Source: Ornithinimicrobium sp. (GTDB lineage: Bacteria > Actinomycetota > Actinomycetes > Actinomycetales > Dermatophilaceae). From it: a DNA stretch of 64,000 bases. Positions 46,371 to 55,829 of this stretch are shown here, piece by piece (the first letter of the stretch is position 1; each line of letters starts with the position of its first letter). The notes below the pieces were generated by a model that worked only from the letters and a program-made list of their open reading frames with translations, was not told the origin of the DNA and did no database searches. The DNA lies in NCBI RefSeq assembly GCF_035267225.1, contig NZ_DATFMA010000052.1, positions 18,797 through 82,796 on the forward strand, in the 5' to 3' direction. The position numbers and the translations under genes were made by a program.

Positions 46371-47527
46371 TCGCCGACCTTCCCGACTTCGAGCTGGAGG
46401 CGTACTTCTCACGGTGGCAGGGGTCGATGACCCACTCGTTCACCGCCTCGGAGGCTGAGACCATGACCGTGGGCGAACTGCTCGCCCTCGCCGGGGAGCC
46501 GCTCGAGGCGCTCGCCGAGGTCGACCTGGGTTACCGGTCCAGCGCCGGTTCGCCGTCGCTGCGCTCGGAGATCGCCGCCACCTACGGCCAGGTCGGCGCC
46601 GGCGGCGTCCTCACCTTCGCCGGAGCGCAGGAGGGCTTGTTCTGGACGCTGGCCGAGCTGCTGCGCGGCGGCGGACACGCGGTGGTCACCGTACCCAACT
46701 ACCAGTCCATGGAGTCACTGCCCCTGTCGAGCCCGGCCGAGGTGACGGGCCTGCCACTGTGGCGCGGCTCCGGCGCAGACCTGCGTTGGGAGCTGGACCT
46801 GGACCGCCTGGAGGACATGCTGCGCCCCGACACGCGCGTGGTAGCGGTCAACTTCCCGAACAACCCCACCGGATACCTGCCCGGTGAGGCGACGTTCCGC
46901 ACGCTGGCCGCGATGTGCGAGGAGCGGGGGATCTACCTGGTCAGCGACGAGGTCTACCGAGGGGTCGAGATCGACCCGGCCGACACCTTGCCGCAGGTGG
47001 CTGACCTGAGCCCACTAGGGGTGAGCATCAACGTGATGTCCAAGTCGTTCGGGCTGCCCGGAGTGCGCGTGGGTTGGGTGGCGAGCCAGGACACGGCGCT
47101 GCTGGCCCGGCTGGAGGGCCGTAAGCACTACACGAGCATCTGCAACCCCGGGCCCAGCGAGTATCTCGCCACGCTCGCCTTGCGTCACGCCGACCAGATC
47201 CACGAACGGGTGCGGGGGCTGATCGCGAGCAACGTCGAGCTCGCCGCCGACTTCTTCGCCGAGTTCGGTGACCTGGTCGCGTTCGAGTCCCCGCGGGGAG
47301 GGTCGGTCAGCTTCCCGCGCTATCTCGGCACGGACGGTGTCGAGACGTTCGTGCGGCGATCGGTCGAGGAAGCCGGGGTGATGATGCTGCCGGCGTCGGT
47401 GTACCAGAGCCGACTCGCGCCCACTCCCCTGGACCGCTTTCGCCTGGGGTTCGGCCGCGTGGGGGTGCCGGCCGCGATCCGGGCGCTGCGGTCCCATCTG
47501 AACGGCGAGGACCGCCTGTCCGCCTGA
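46367..47527 (+). CDS. PLP-dependent class I/II aminotransferase-fold enzyme
   Basis: NFPNNPTG, SDEVYR, NVMSKSFGLPGVRVGW (PLP Lys). Confidence 0.9.
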   Translation: MIADLPDFELEAYFSRWQGSMTHSFTASEAETMTVGELLALAGEPLEALAEVDLGYRSSAGSPSLRSEIAATYGQVGAGGVLTFAGAQEGLFWTLAELLRGGGHAVVTVPNYQSMESLPLSSPAEVTGLPLWRGSGADLRWELDLDRLEDMLRPDTRVVAVNFPNNPTGYLPGEATFRTLAAMCEERGIYLVSDEVYRGVEIDPADTLPQVADLSPLGVSINVMSKSFGLPGVRVGWVASQDTALLARLEGRKHYTSICNPGPSEYLATLALRHADQIHERVRGLIASNVELAADFFAEFGDLVAFESPRGGSVSFPRYLGTDGVETFVRRSVEEAGVMMLPASVYQSRLAPTPLDRFRLGFGRVGVPAAIRALRSHLNGEDRLSA

Positions 47528-47642
47528 CCCGACGCGAAGCGGGCCGGATGGCCGTGGTGGGATGACGGGAACGACGACGCGGGCGTGCCGCGTTGTGAAC
47601 CAGCATCCGCATCCCCTCTACCGCGAAGGATCCGCTCGTCGC

Positions 47643-50312
47643 ATGGCCTCTTCCCGCCTCGGTGCCGCTGCGCGTACGGCCCGCGCACGCCTCGCTGTCG
47701 CCGTGGCGGTCGCGGTCGCGGTGGCAGGTATCGCCGTAGCGCCTCTGGTGCTCCCGTGGCCCGCGCTGGCTGCCGCCGAGCGCACGGAGATCGAAAGCAT
47801 GCGGGTGCCGGTCGGCGACGAGCCGGACGGCTCCTCGGTGCAGCTCGACGTCGACCTCTACCGCCCCGACGAGACGGGGTCGGCGCCCGCCGTCGTCCTG
47901 GGTCACGGGTTCGGGGGCAGCAAGGACGACGTGGCCGACCGGGCACAGCGCCTCGCCGGTGAGGGCTTCGTGGTGCTGGCCTACTCGGCTCGAGGTTTCG
48001 GCGACTCCGGCGGGCGGGTCCACCTCAACGACCCTGACTACGAGATCGCCGACGCGCAGGTGTTGATCGACGAGCTGGCCGACGATGACCAGGTGCGCCA
48101 GGACGCCGCCGGCGATCCCCGGGTCGCGGTGGTCGGCGGCAGCTACGGCGGCGCCATGGCGCTGATGACGGCGGGTGCTGACTCCCGGGTCGACTCTGTC
48201 GTCGCCTCGATCACCTGGAACGACCTTGGCCGCGCCTTCTACCCGCAGGCCGCTGCCGGGGTCGGCGACCCTGGGCCGTTCAAGAAGCTGTGGGCCTCGA
48301 CGTTCTTCACCGCTGCCCTCGGCGAAGGCGTCGACCCGGGTGCAGCCGGGCAGGTGTGCGGCCGCTTCGACCCCGAGCTGTGCGCGCAGTTCCGTGCCGC
48401 CATGGAGTCTGGGGACAGTGGGGACGATGGAGGTGACGCCAACGCCGTCCTGCGCGAGCGGTTGCGTGAGCACAGCCCCGCGCCAACGCTGGCTGACGTC
48501 ACGGCGCCGACCTATCTCATGCAGGGCATGTCGGACAGCCTCTTCGGCCTCGACCAGGCCGACGCCACCGCGCGCGCTCTGCTGGAAGCGGGGGCTCCGG
48601 TGGCCGTCGACTGGTTCAACGGCGGCCACGACGGTCAGACCTCGGTCGCCACCGCACAGCAGGACGAGGGTGGCCCGCCCGGCAACGACGGCTCGACGCT
48701 CGCCAGCGAAGAGGGCAGCAACATCGAGGAGGAGCAGTTCCAAGACACGCTGACCTGGCTGCGGGGGACCTTGGCCGGGCGGGACAGTCTGGGTCAGGGC
48801 AGCCTTCCCCTACCCGCATTCACCTACCGTGCGCCACCCCCGCGCGGTGATGAAGCCGCGCCGGCGTACACCCTGGACGCCTATCCCGGTCTGGGCGGCG
48901 TGCGCGGGGAAGCGACATCGGTGCCGCTACGCGAGCCTGCCGTCCCTGCTCTGGTCAGCCCGCCCGGGGCGGTTCCGGAGTCGCTGACCATCGTGCCTGG
49001 CGTGGGTGGAGCACTGGCCGCCGTGTCGACCTATCAGCTCGCCGCCCTGCCCGGGCAGCACGTGGCCGTGGACACCGAGCCGGTGGAGGAAGCCACCCTG
49101 GTGGTCGGCGCGCCGGAGATCAGCCTGCAGGTCACCTCCTCGGCATCACAGAGCAGCCTGTTCGTCTCGCTGTGGGAGGTGCAGCCAGGTGGCCCGGTGC
49201 TGCCGCGTCGCCTGGTCGCCCCGGTCGAGGTGCCGCTCAGCCCCGGCGAGCCGCAGCGGGTCGATCTCACCCTTCCGGGCGGTACCTGGCAGATGTCGGC
49301 CGGATCGACCTGGCGTGTGCTGGTCAGCGCCACGGACGGCTCGTTCCGGGTCGACCCGGCGACGCGGGTCGACCAGATCGCCCTCGCTGAGCCGGCCTTG
49401 ACCCTGCCCGTCGCCGAAGGGACCGAAGTCAGCACCGCCAGCGGCGTGGATACCGAGGTCGTGGGTGTCGCCTCGGCGCTCGGCGTGCTCCTGCTCGTCG
49501 TCGCGGTGGCCGGTCTGCGGGCTCGTCGGCGGCCCCACCCCGAGGCGCCGCAGTGGCGCGACGTCCCCCTCGTGGTCAGCGGGCTCACGAAGGCGTACCC
49601 GGACGGTCACCGCGCGGTGAACGACGTCTCCTGGCGGGCCGAACGCGGGCAGGTGGTCGGGCTCCTGGGTCCCAACGGTGCCGGCAAGACGACGACGCTG
49701 CGGATGGTGATGGGCCTGATCACCCAGGACGCAGGCACGGTGCATGTCCTGGGGCAGCGGGTCAGCGCAGGGGCTCCGGTGCTGCAGCGAGTGGGCGCGC
49801 TCGTCGAGGGCCCGGGCTTCCTGCCGCACCTGTCGGGGCGCGACAACCTCCTGGCGTACTGGGCGGCCACCGGTCGCCCCGCGGGCGAGGCTCGTCTGGC
49901 GGAGGCGCTGGAGATCGCGGCGCTCGGTGATGCGGTCGAGCGCCCGGTGAAGTCCTACAGCCACGGCATGCGCCAGCGTCTGGGCATCGCCCAGGCGATG
50001 CTCGGCCTGCCCGAGGTGCTGATCCTGGACGAGCCGACGAACGGTCTCGACCCGCCGCAGATCGCGGCGATGAGGCCCATCCTGCAGGACTATGCCGCCG
50101 AGGGGCGCACCGTCGTCGTGTCCAGCCACCTACTCGCCGAGGTGGAGATGACGTGCTCCCACGTGGTCGTCATGCACGCCGGAGAGGTGCTGGCCGCGGG
50201 GTCGGTGAAGGAGGTCGGGGTGGCCGAGGGTCGCAACCTCGAAGAGGTGTTCCTGAGCACGATCGCCGGCGCCGCGCCTGGTTCGGCGCTCAACGCGGTG
50301 CGGCCCCGATGA
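47643..50312 (+). CDS. Secreted CocE/NonD-S15-type serine hydrolase fused through a TM helix to an ABC ATPase
   Basis: Signal-like N-terminus; GHGFGGS, YSARGFG, GGSYGG, QGMSD, GGHD; TM SALGVLLLVVAVAGL; GPNGAGKT, YSHGMRQRLG, ILDEPT, VSSH. Confidence 0.9.
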   Translation: MASSRLGAAARTARARLAVAVAVAVAVAGIAVAPLVLPWPALAAAERTEIESMRVPVGDEPDGSSVQLDVDLYRPDETGSAPAVVLGHGFGGSKDDVADRAQRLAGEGFVVLAYSARGFGDSGGRVHLNDPDYEIADAQVLIDELADDDQVRQDAAGDPRVAVVGGSYGGAMALMTAGADSRVDSVVASITWNDLGRAFYPQAAAGVGDPGPFKKLWASTFFTAALGEGVDPGAAGQVCGRFDPELCAQFRAAMESGDSGDDGGDANAVLRERLREHSPAPTLADVTAPTYLMQGMSDSLFGLDQADATARALLEAGAPVAVDWFNGGHDGQTSVATAQQDEGGPPGNDGSTLASEEGSNIEEEQFQDTLTWLRGTLAGRDSLGQGSLPLPAFTYRAPPPRGDEAAPAYTLDAYPGLGGVRGEATSVPLREPAVPALVSPPGAVPESLTIVPGVGGALAAVSTYQLAALPGQHVAVDTEPVEEATLVVGAPEISLQVTSSASQSSLFVSLWEVQPGGPVLPRRLVAPVEVPLSPGEPQRVDLTLPGGTWQMSAGSTWRVLVSATDGSFRVDPATRVDQIALAEPALTLPVAEGTEVSTASGVDTEVVGVASALGVLLLVVAVAGLRARRRPHPEAPQWRDVPLVVSGLTKAYPDGHRAVNDVSWRAERGQVVGLLGPNGAGKTTTLRMVMGLITQDAGTVHVLGQRVSAGAPVLQRVGALVEGPGFLPHLSGRDNLLAYWAATGRPAGEARLAEALEIAALGDAVERPVKSYSHGMRQRLGIAQAMLGLPEVLILDEPTNGLDPPQIAAMRPILQDYAAEGRTVVVSSHLLAEVEMTCSHVVVMHAGEVLAAGSVKEVGVAEGRNLEEVFLSTIAGAAPGSALNAVRPR

Positions 50313-51121
50313 GCGGCACCGCGCTGTCGGTGCGCGTGGAGGCGCGGCGACAGCTGACCAGGCTGCGCACCAGGTGGACGTTCGCGGTCCTGTTGGTGCT
50401 GCCGCTCGTCGTCGTCGGCGCCTACGCCCTCGGCGACGGCGACGGGGAGGGCCAGCGCTTCTCCGACCTCGCGACGCTCGGGTCGGCGAACTTCGCCATC
50501 TTCATGCTCTTCGTCACGGCCCCGCTGCTGTTGCTGATCGTGGCCGCGCTGTTCGTCGGTGACCCCGTGCCCTCGGAGGCCTCGTGGGCGTCGTTGCGCT
50601 ACCTGCTCATCGCTCCGGTCTCCCGTGCGCGGCTGCTCACGAGCACGTTGCTGGTGGGGCTGGGCGCGACGGTGGTCGCCATGCTCACGCTGCTGCTCTG
50701 GGTCCTGCTCGTGGGTGGCCTGTTCTACGGGTGGGACTCGCTCACCCTTCCGGTGGGGGGCACCCTCGACTGGCCGACGATGCTGGGCCGCCTGGCGGTG
50801 GCCTCCGCCTATATCTTCGTCGGCCTCCTGCCGTTCGCGGCCATCGCCTTCTGGATGGGAGTGCGCACCGACGCGCCCCTCGGCGCGGTCGGAGTCGCGG
50901 TGCTCGCCTCCATTGTCTCTTCGATCCTGGACGCACTGGACGCGTTGGGAGACTGGCGCCGCGGGTTGCCCAACCACTACGCGTTCGAATGGGTGGGCCT
51001 GTTCTCGCCCGAGGCGGACTACGGGGCGCTGTTGCCGGGGGTGCTGTGGGCCCTGCTGTGGGCCACGGTGTTCGTTGCCCTCGCGTACCGACACTTCTCC
51101 CGCAAGGACATCGTGAGCTGA
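50309..51121 (+). CDS. ABC-2 type transporter permease
   Basis: Six TM segments, EASWASLRYLLIAPVSRARLL EAA-like loop; ATGA overlap with the fusion gene. Confidence 0.88.
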   Translation: MSGTALSVRVEARRQLTRLRTRWTFAVLLVLPLVVVGAYALGDGDGEGQRFSDLATLGSANFAIFMLFVTAPLLLLIVAALFVGDPVPSEASWASLRYLLIAPVSRARLLTSTLLVGLGATVVAMLTLLLWVLLVGGLFYGWDSLTLPVGGTLDWPTMLGRLAVASAYIFVGLLPFAAIAFWMGVRTDAPLGAVGVAVLASIVSSILDALDALGDWRRGLPNHYAFEWVGLFSPEADYGALLPGVLWALLWATVFVALAYRHFSRKDIVS

Positions 51122-51294
51122 GGGCCACTTCTCAAGCCGCCTTCCTCGCCGTCGAGGGGAGCTCAGCGCCCCGCGCGCCACGGCTCCTGGGTGCACGTGC
51201 GCGGACAGCGGCGGGATCGACCGTGGCAGGCTGGCCAGATGAGCAGGCTGTCCGGTGCCGATGGAGCCGGCGGAGACCGTGACGGGCAGGCGCG

Positions 51295-52551
51295 ATGACC
51301 GAGGTGCTGCTCATCGCGACGGTGGTGTTCGCCTACGCGCTGGTCTCCGCTCCGCTGTCCGCGTCGGTGGTGACCGCCCCGATGGTGTACACGACGGTGG
51401 GCTTGCTGTTCGGCGCAGCCGGCACGGGTTGGTTCGGTCTCCAGGCCGACAGCGAGGCCATCTCGATCGTGGTGGAGGCCACGCTCGTGCTGGTGCTGTT
51501 CACCGACGCCGCTCGGATGAACGTGCCCTCCCTACGCCACGACATCGCCATCCCGGCGCGCCTGCTGGGTCTCGGGCTGCCCCTCACCCTGCTCGCAGGC
51601 ACGGTGACCGCGGCGTGGCTGCTGCCCGAGATCTCCTGGTCCGGTGCGTTCCTGCTCGCCGCGGTGCTGACCCCGACCGACGCCGCGCTCGGACAGGCAG
51701 TGGTCAGCGACCAGCGGTTGCCCGTGCGAGTGCGGCAGAGCCTGAACGTGGAGAGCGGCCTGAACGACGGCCTCATGGTCCCGGTCGTGGCGGTGGCCAT
51801 CGCCTTGGCGGCCAGCGAGGACAACCCCGCCGCGCCGAGCGACTGGTTCTCCTTCGCTGCGCAGCAGATTGTGGTGGGGGTCTCATGCGGCCTCCTGGTG
51901 GGTCTGGTCGGAGGCAGGCTCCTGCGACGGGCGGCCCGGGCCGGAAGGGCCGAAGGGGTCAGCCGACAGCTGGCCACCCTGTCGCTCGCCGCAGCGGCGT
52001 ACGCCAGCGCAGAGCTGCTCGAAGGCAACGGGTTCGTGGCCGCTTTCCTGGCCGGGATGGTGTTCAGCGTGGCCGCCGGCGCCCAGCATGTGGAGGCGTC
52101 GGACTTCACCGAGGACGAAGGAGACCTGCTGAGTGCGGTGACGTTCGTGGTGTTCGGGGCGGTGCTGATCCCACCGGCGCTGTCATCACTGAGCTGGCCG
52201 GTGATGGGGTACGCCGTGCTCAGCCTCACCTTCGTCCGTGTCCTTCCTGCGCTCCTGGCGCTGCTCGGGTCGGGTCTGCTCGTCCAGACGCGCCTCTTCC
52301 TCGGCTGGTTCGGGCCACGCGGCCTGGCCACGATCCTCTTCGCCCTCCTCGTCGCTCAGGAGGTCGACGGCCCCGAGGCCGCTCTCATCGTCGATGTGGC
52401 GACCTGGACCGTGTTGGTCAGCGTCTACGTGCACGGCGCCACGGCCAGCATCTGGACGGGCCGGTTGGGTGCCCGCCTTGCCGCAGCCCCGGCCGACCAC
52501 GCGGAGGCGGCGCCCAGCGTGGTGCGGCCCACCCGGCGCAGGCTCGGTTGA
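51295..52551 (+). CDS. Cation:proton antiporter (CPA1/NhaP-like)
   Basis: LVLFTDA, AVLTPTDAAL, LNVESGLNDG, GWFGPRGLA. Confidence 0.92.
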   Translation: MTEVLLIATVVFAYALVSAPLSASVVTAPMVYTTVGLLFGAAGTGWFGLQADSEAISIVVEATLVLVLFTDAARMNVPSLRHDIAIPARLLGLGLPLTLLAGTVTAAWLLPEISWSGAFLLAAVLTPTDAALGQAVVSDQRLPVRVRQSLNVESGLNDGLMVPVVAVAIALAASEDNPAAPSDWFSFAAQQIVVGVSCGLLVGLVGGRLLRRAARAGRAEGVSRQLATLSLAAAAYASAELLEGNGFVAAFLAGMVFSVAAGAQHVEASDFTEDEGDLLSAVTFVVFGAVLIPPALSSLSWPVMGYAVLSLTFVRVLPALLALLGSGLLVQTRLFLGWFGPRGLATILFALLVAQEVDGPEAALIVDVATWTVLVSVYVHGATASIWTGRLGARLAAAPADHAEAAPSVVRPTRRRLG

Positions 52552-52643
52552 GCTGCGCAGCCTCGGCACGAGCCGAGCGCTCAGGGGGCAGTCAGGGTCC
52601 TCCCCGGTGGTCCGTCGCCCCCGTGGGGCATAGCGTGCACTGT

Positions 52644-52832
52644 ATGAGATCTACGACGCTGTACCGCCCTCGCTCCAACCGGATCATCGCCGGCGTCTGC
52701 GCGGGCCTGGCCTACAGGTTCGGCCTGAGCCCCACCCTGGTGCGCATCCTCACGGTGCTGTCGTGTCTGCTGCCCGGCCCCCAGTTCGTCGCCTACATCG
52801 TGATGTGGATCATCATGCCCAAGGGTGACTGA
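52644..52832 (+). CDS. pspC: PspC domain protein
   Basis: LYRPRSNRIIAGVCAGLAYRFG...VR...AYIVMWIIMP. Confidence 0.9.
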   Translation: MRSTTLYRPRSNRIIAGVCAGLAYRFGLSPTLVRILTVLSCLLPGPQFVAYIVMWIIMPKGD

Positions 52833-52847
52833 CCCCCACGACCTCGC

Positions 52848-54047
52848 TCAGCCCTGGGTCTCCCACGCCATGGTGGCGATGATCTCCCGCGGACGTGCGA
52901 GGAGGAAGTAGAAGGCCAGCGAAGCCACGCTGCACCCCACCATGATCGCCGCCATGGGCACCGCGTTGGTGGTGTCGAACGCGCCGGAGATGGGGGAGAT
53001 GAGCGCGCCGAAGGTGAAGTTGCTGGCGCCGAGCACGGCCGCCGCCGACCCGGCGCGCCTGCCGTGGTCGTTCAGCGCGATCACCGGGCAGTTGGGCATG
53101 ACGAAGCCTACGGTGCCCATCACCAGCACGACTCCCACGACCACCGGCCACACGCCGAGGCCCAGGAGCGAGGTGATGAGAAGCGAGGTGGTGATCACGA
53201 CCGCCGCCGGCAGAGCCACCATGACGATCCGGGCCGGGTGCACCCGCTTGACCAGCGAGCCGTTGACCTGGCTCGCTATCGTCAGGGCACCGGCACCGGC
53301 GGCGAACACGATCGCGTACTGCTGCACGCTCATGCCGTACAGGTCTTGGAAGATGAACGTCGCGCTCGAGATGTAGGCGAACAACGACCCCATCGCCGTA
53401 CACGCCGTCAGCACCAGCCCGACGTACCGGCGGTCGGTCAACAGCACCCGGTACGAGGCCAGCGCCGGACGCGGCCCCGCCGCTGACCGCCGAGCGGGCG
53501 GCAGGGTCTCCTGCGCGCGTAGGACGGTCACCGCGAGCAGGACGACCCCGAAGGCGGCCAGTCCCCAGAAGATGCTGCGCCACGGCCAGAAGTGCAGGAA
53601 CTGGGCGCCGAGTGTGGGCGCGATGATGGGAGCCACCCCGACGATGAGGAAGAGCCGCGAGATGAAGGTGGCCATGGCGGAGCCGCTGTACAGGTCCCGC
53701 ACCATGGCCTGGGCCAGCACCATCCCGGAGGCAGCGGTGAACCCCTGGAGGAACCGCAGGAGGAGCAGGGTCTCCACGCTCGCGGTGACCGCGATGGCGA
53801 TGGAGGTGACCACGTACACGCTCAGCGCCGTGAGCAGAGGGATCCGGCGTCCGACCGCGTCCGAGACGGCCCCGATCGTCAGCTGTCCGGTCGCCAACCC
53901 GACCAGGGTGGCGGTCAGCGTGAGCTGAACGACCGCCTCCGTGGTCCCCAACTCCTCGACCACCGTGGGGAAGGCCGCGAGGTACATGTCGATGGTCAGC
54001 GGCCCGATGGCCACCAAGGCGCCGAACAGCAGCAGACGCGACAGCAT
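52848..54047 (-). CDS. Bcr/CflA family multidrug efflux MFS transporter
   Basis: GPLTIDMYLAAFP, GAVSDAVGRR, APIIAPTLG. Confidence 0.92.
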   Translation of the reverse strand: MLSRLLLFGALVAIGPLTIDMYLAAFPTVVEELGTTEAVVQLTLTATLVGLATGQLTIGAVSDAVGRRIPLLTALSVYVVTSIAIAVTASVETLLLLRFLQGFTAASGMVLAQAMVRDLYSGSAMATFISRLFLIVGVAPIIAPTLGAQFLHFWPWRSIFWGLAAFGVVLLAVTVLRAQETLPPARRSAAGPRPALASYRVLLTDRRYVGLVLTACTAMGSLFAYISSATFIFQDLYGMSVQQYAIVFAAGAGALTIASQVNGSLVKRVHPARIVMVALPAAVVITTSLLITSLLGLGVWPVVVGVVLVMGTVGFVMPNCPVIALNDHGRRAGSAAAVLGASNFTFGALISPISGAFDTTNAVPMAAIMVGCSVASLAFYFLLARPREIIATMAWETQG

Positions 54048-54136
54048 CGACGGCTCGCGCCCCGCGGAGGACGGAGCCGTCGATGCTGGTGATGACAGCC
54101 CGGAGGGCTCACCTCGGGCCGGGGACTCGCGCAGAC

Positions 54137-55156
54137 TCACTGACGAGGCAAGGCCGCACCGCGGTCGGGATATTCCTGGCCGCCGAGCCGGGTGGACTCG
54201 CGGCGACCGGCGAACGCACTCGCCGGCGGTGTCTGTCCGTCTGGTTCCTCGTCGAGCTTGACGGCGACGACACCGGCCAGGATGACCGCCCCGCCGAGCA
54301 GCTGGATGAGCCCGGGCAGCTGGCCGAGCAACAGCCAGGCGAACAGCACGGAGAAGAGCACCTCGGTGAGGCCCACGAACGAGGCCATCTTCGAACCCAG
54401 CTGTCGCGTGGCGACGACGCCGATCCCGTAGGCCACGGCGGCCGCTCCCACTCCCACGCTGACCAGGCTCACCCAGAAGGGCATCGTCGTTCCGGCGAGC
54501 ACCACCGGTGCGGTGGACCACGACCACTCGGCCCAGCCCAGCGCCCCGGCTGCTGCCAGGCTGACCGCGCCGAAGACGAGCCCACCTGTCGCGATGGCGA
54601 GCGGGGGAGTCCCGTGCGTGTCGTCGCTGCCGAGCACGAAGTAGGAAGCCAGACCGACTGCGGCCAGCAGGCCCCAGAACAGGCCCATCGAGCTGATCGC
54701 GGTCGCACCGAAGACGTTGAGCACCAGCGCCAGGCCGACGACGGCGAGGGCCATGCCGACGACCGTCAGCGTGCGCGGTCGTTGCCCGTGCACGCCCCAC
54801 AGCCACAGCACCACCAGCAGGATGCCCAGATACTCCAGCATGATCGCCACGCCGACGTCGATGTGCTGAACAGCCTGGTAGAAGGCCCCTTGAGCGACAC
54901 CGACACCGAGCGCACCGAAGAGGACCATCGTGGGCCAGCTCCGGCGGAGGCTCTCCCAGCGTCCACGCATCACCACGACGGCGGGAGCGAGCAGAACCAG
55001 CGCTCCGATGGCTGCCCGTCCGGCGACTGCGGCCACGGGGCTCCATCCGGTCTCGAGCAGTGACTTGCCCAGGGCGCCCGAGCTGCCGAAGGCGGCTGCC
55101 GACACCAGCGCCAGGACCAGGCCTCGCTGGGGCGAGATCGTGTGGACAGCGGTCAT
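54137..55156 (-). CDS. EamA/DMT family transporter
   Basis: AAAFGSSG, VGVAIMLEYL, GLTEVLFSVLFAWLLLGQ. Confidence 0.9.
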   Translation of the reverse strand: MTAVHTISPQRGLVLALVSAAAFGSSGALGKSLLETGWSPVAAVAGRAAIGALVLLAPAVVVMRGRWESLRRSWPTMVLFGALGVGVAQGAFYQAVQHIDVGVAIMLEYLGILLVVLWLWGVHGQRPRTLTVVGMALAVVGLALVLNVFGATAISSMGLFWGLLAAVGLASYFVLGSDDTHGTPPLAIATGGLVFGAVSLAAAGALGWAEWSWSTAPVVLAGTTMPFWVSLVSVGVGAAAVAYGIGVVATRQLGSKMASFVGLTEVLFSVLFAWLLLGQLPGLIQLLGGAVILAGVVAVKLDEEPDGQTPPASAFAGRRESTRLGGQEYPDRGAALPRQ

Positions 55157-55195
55157 CGTCGTGCCTCCTTCAGGATGCGGTAGGGCCGGGGGACG

Positions 55196-55270
55196 CGATG
55201 ACAGATCAACCCGTCATCGGTCATACGCGTTACACTCATGACGATATGACCTCGTACCGTCAGGAGTCAA
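55196..55270. promoter_or_regulatory. Cluster of ATGAC/GTCAT half-sites in the EamA-CGNR divergent promoter
   Basis: CGATGAC-N10-GTCATCG (55196-55219), further GTCAT at 55220 and ATGAC at 55238 and 55246. Confidence 0.5.
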
Positions 55271-55271
55271 A

Positions 55272-55829
55272 ATGGTTTTCGCTCATGACACCGAGGAGGC
55301 GTTGATCGCCGCGGCGGCGCTGGCCAACACGGCCATCGAGCCCGACTCGCTGACCACAGTGAGAGAGCTGGACACCTTCTACGAGGAGTGCGGGTGGAAA
55401 GGGCGCCACGCACGCACCGCGGCCGAGCTGCGCGACGTGCGCTCGCTGCGACCGACGTTGCGGTCCTTGTGGCTAGCTGAGGTCGAAGAGCAGGTCGCGG
55501 GCATCAACAGCCTTCTGCGTGAGGCGGACGCGCTGCCTCAGGTCGTGCGGCACGACGGTTTCGACTGGCACCTGCACGCCACCACCCACGACCAGCCACT
55601 GGCCACCCGGATGGCGGTGGAAGCCTCGATGGCCATGGTCGATGTCATCCGCATGGGTGAGACGCAGCGGTTGAAGACCTGCGAGGCGGACGGGTGTGAG
55701 TGCATCTTCGTCGACCTCTCCCGGAACCGTTCGCGGCGCTACTGCAGCACCGCGTGCAGCAACCGCATGGCCGCGGCCGCCTACCGGGAGCGGCGGAGCG
55801 AGTCCGACGGGGAAGAGGACGGACAGTGA
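55272..55829 (+). CDS. CGNR zinc finger / ABATE (DUF1470) domain protein
   Basis: LKTCEADGCECIFVDLSRNRSRRYCSTACSNRMAAAAYRER. Confidence 0.92.
   Translation: MVFAHDTEEALIAAAALANTAIEPDSLTTVRELDTFYEECGWKGRHARTAAELRDVRSLRPTLRSLWLAEVEEQVAGINSLLREADALPQVVRHDGFDWHLHATTHDQPLATRMAVEASMAMVDVIRMGETQRLKTCEADGCECIFVDLSRNRSRRYCSTACSNRMAAAAYRERRSESDGEEDGQ

Noticed and set aside
46367-47527. Aminotransferase as a capreomycidine synthase marking an antibiotic cluster
   Set aside because: The family is broad and there are no NRPS or arginine hydroxylase genes nearby.
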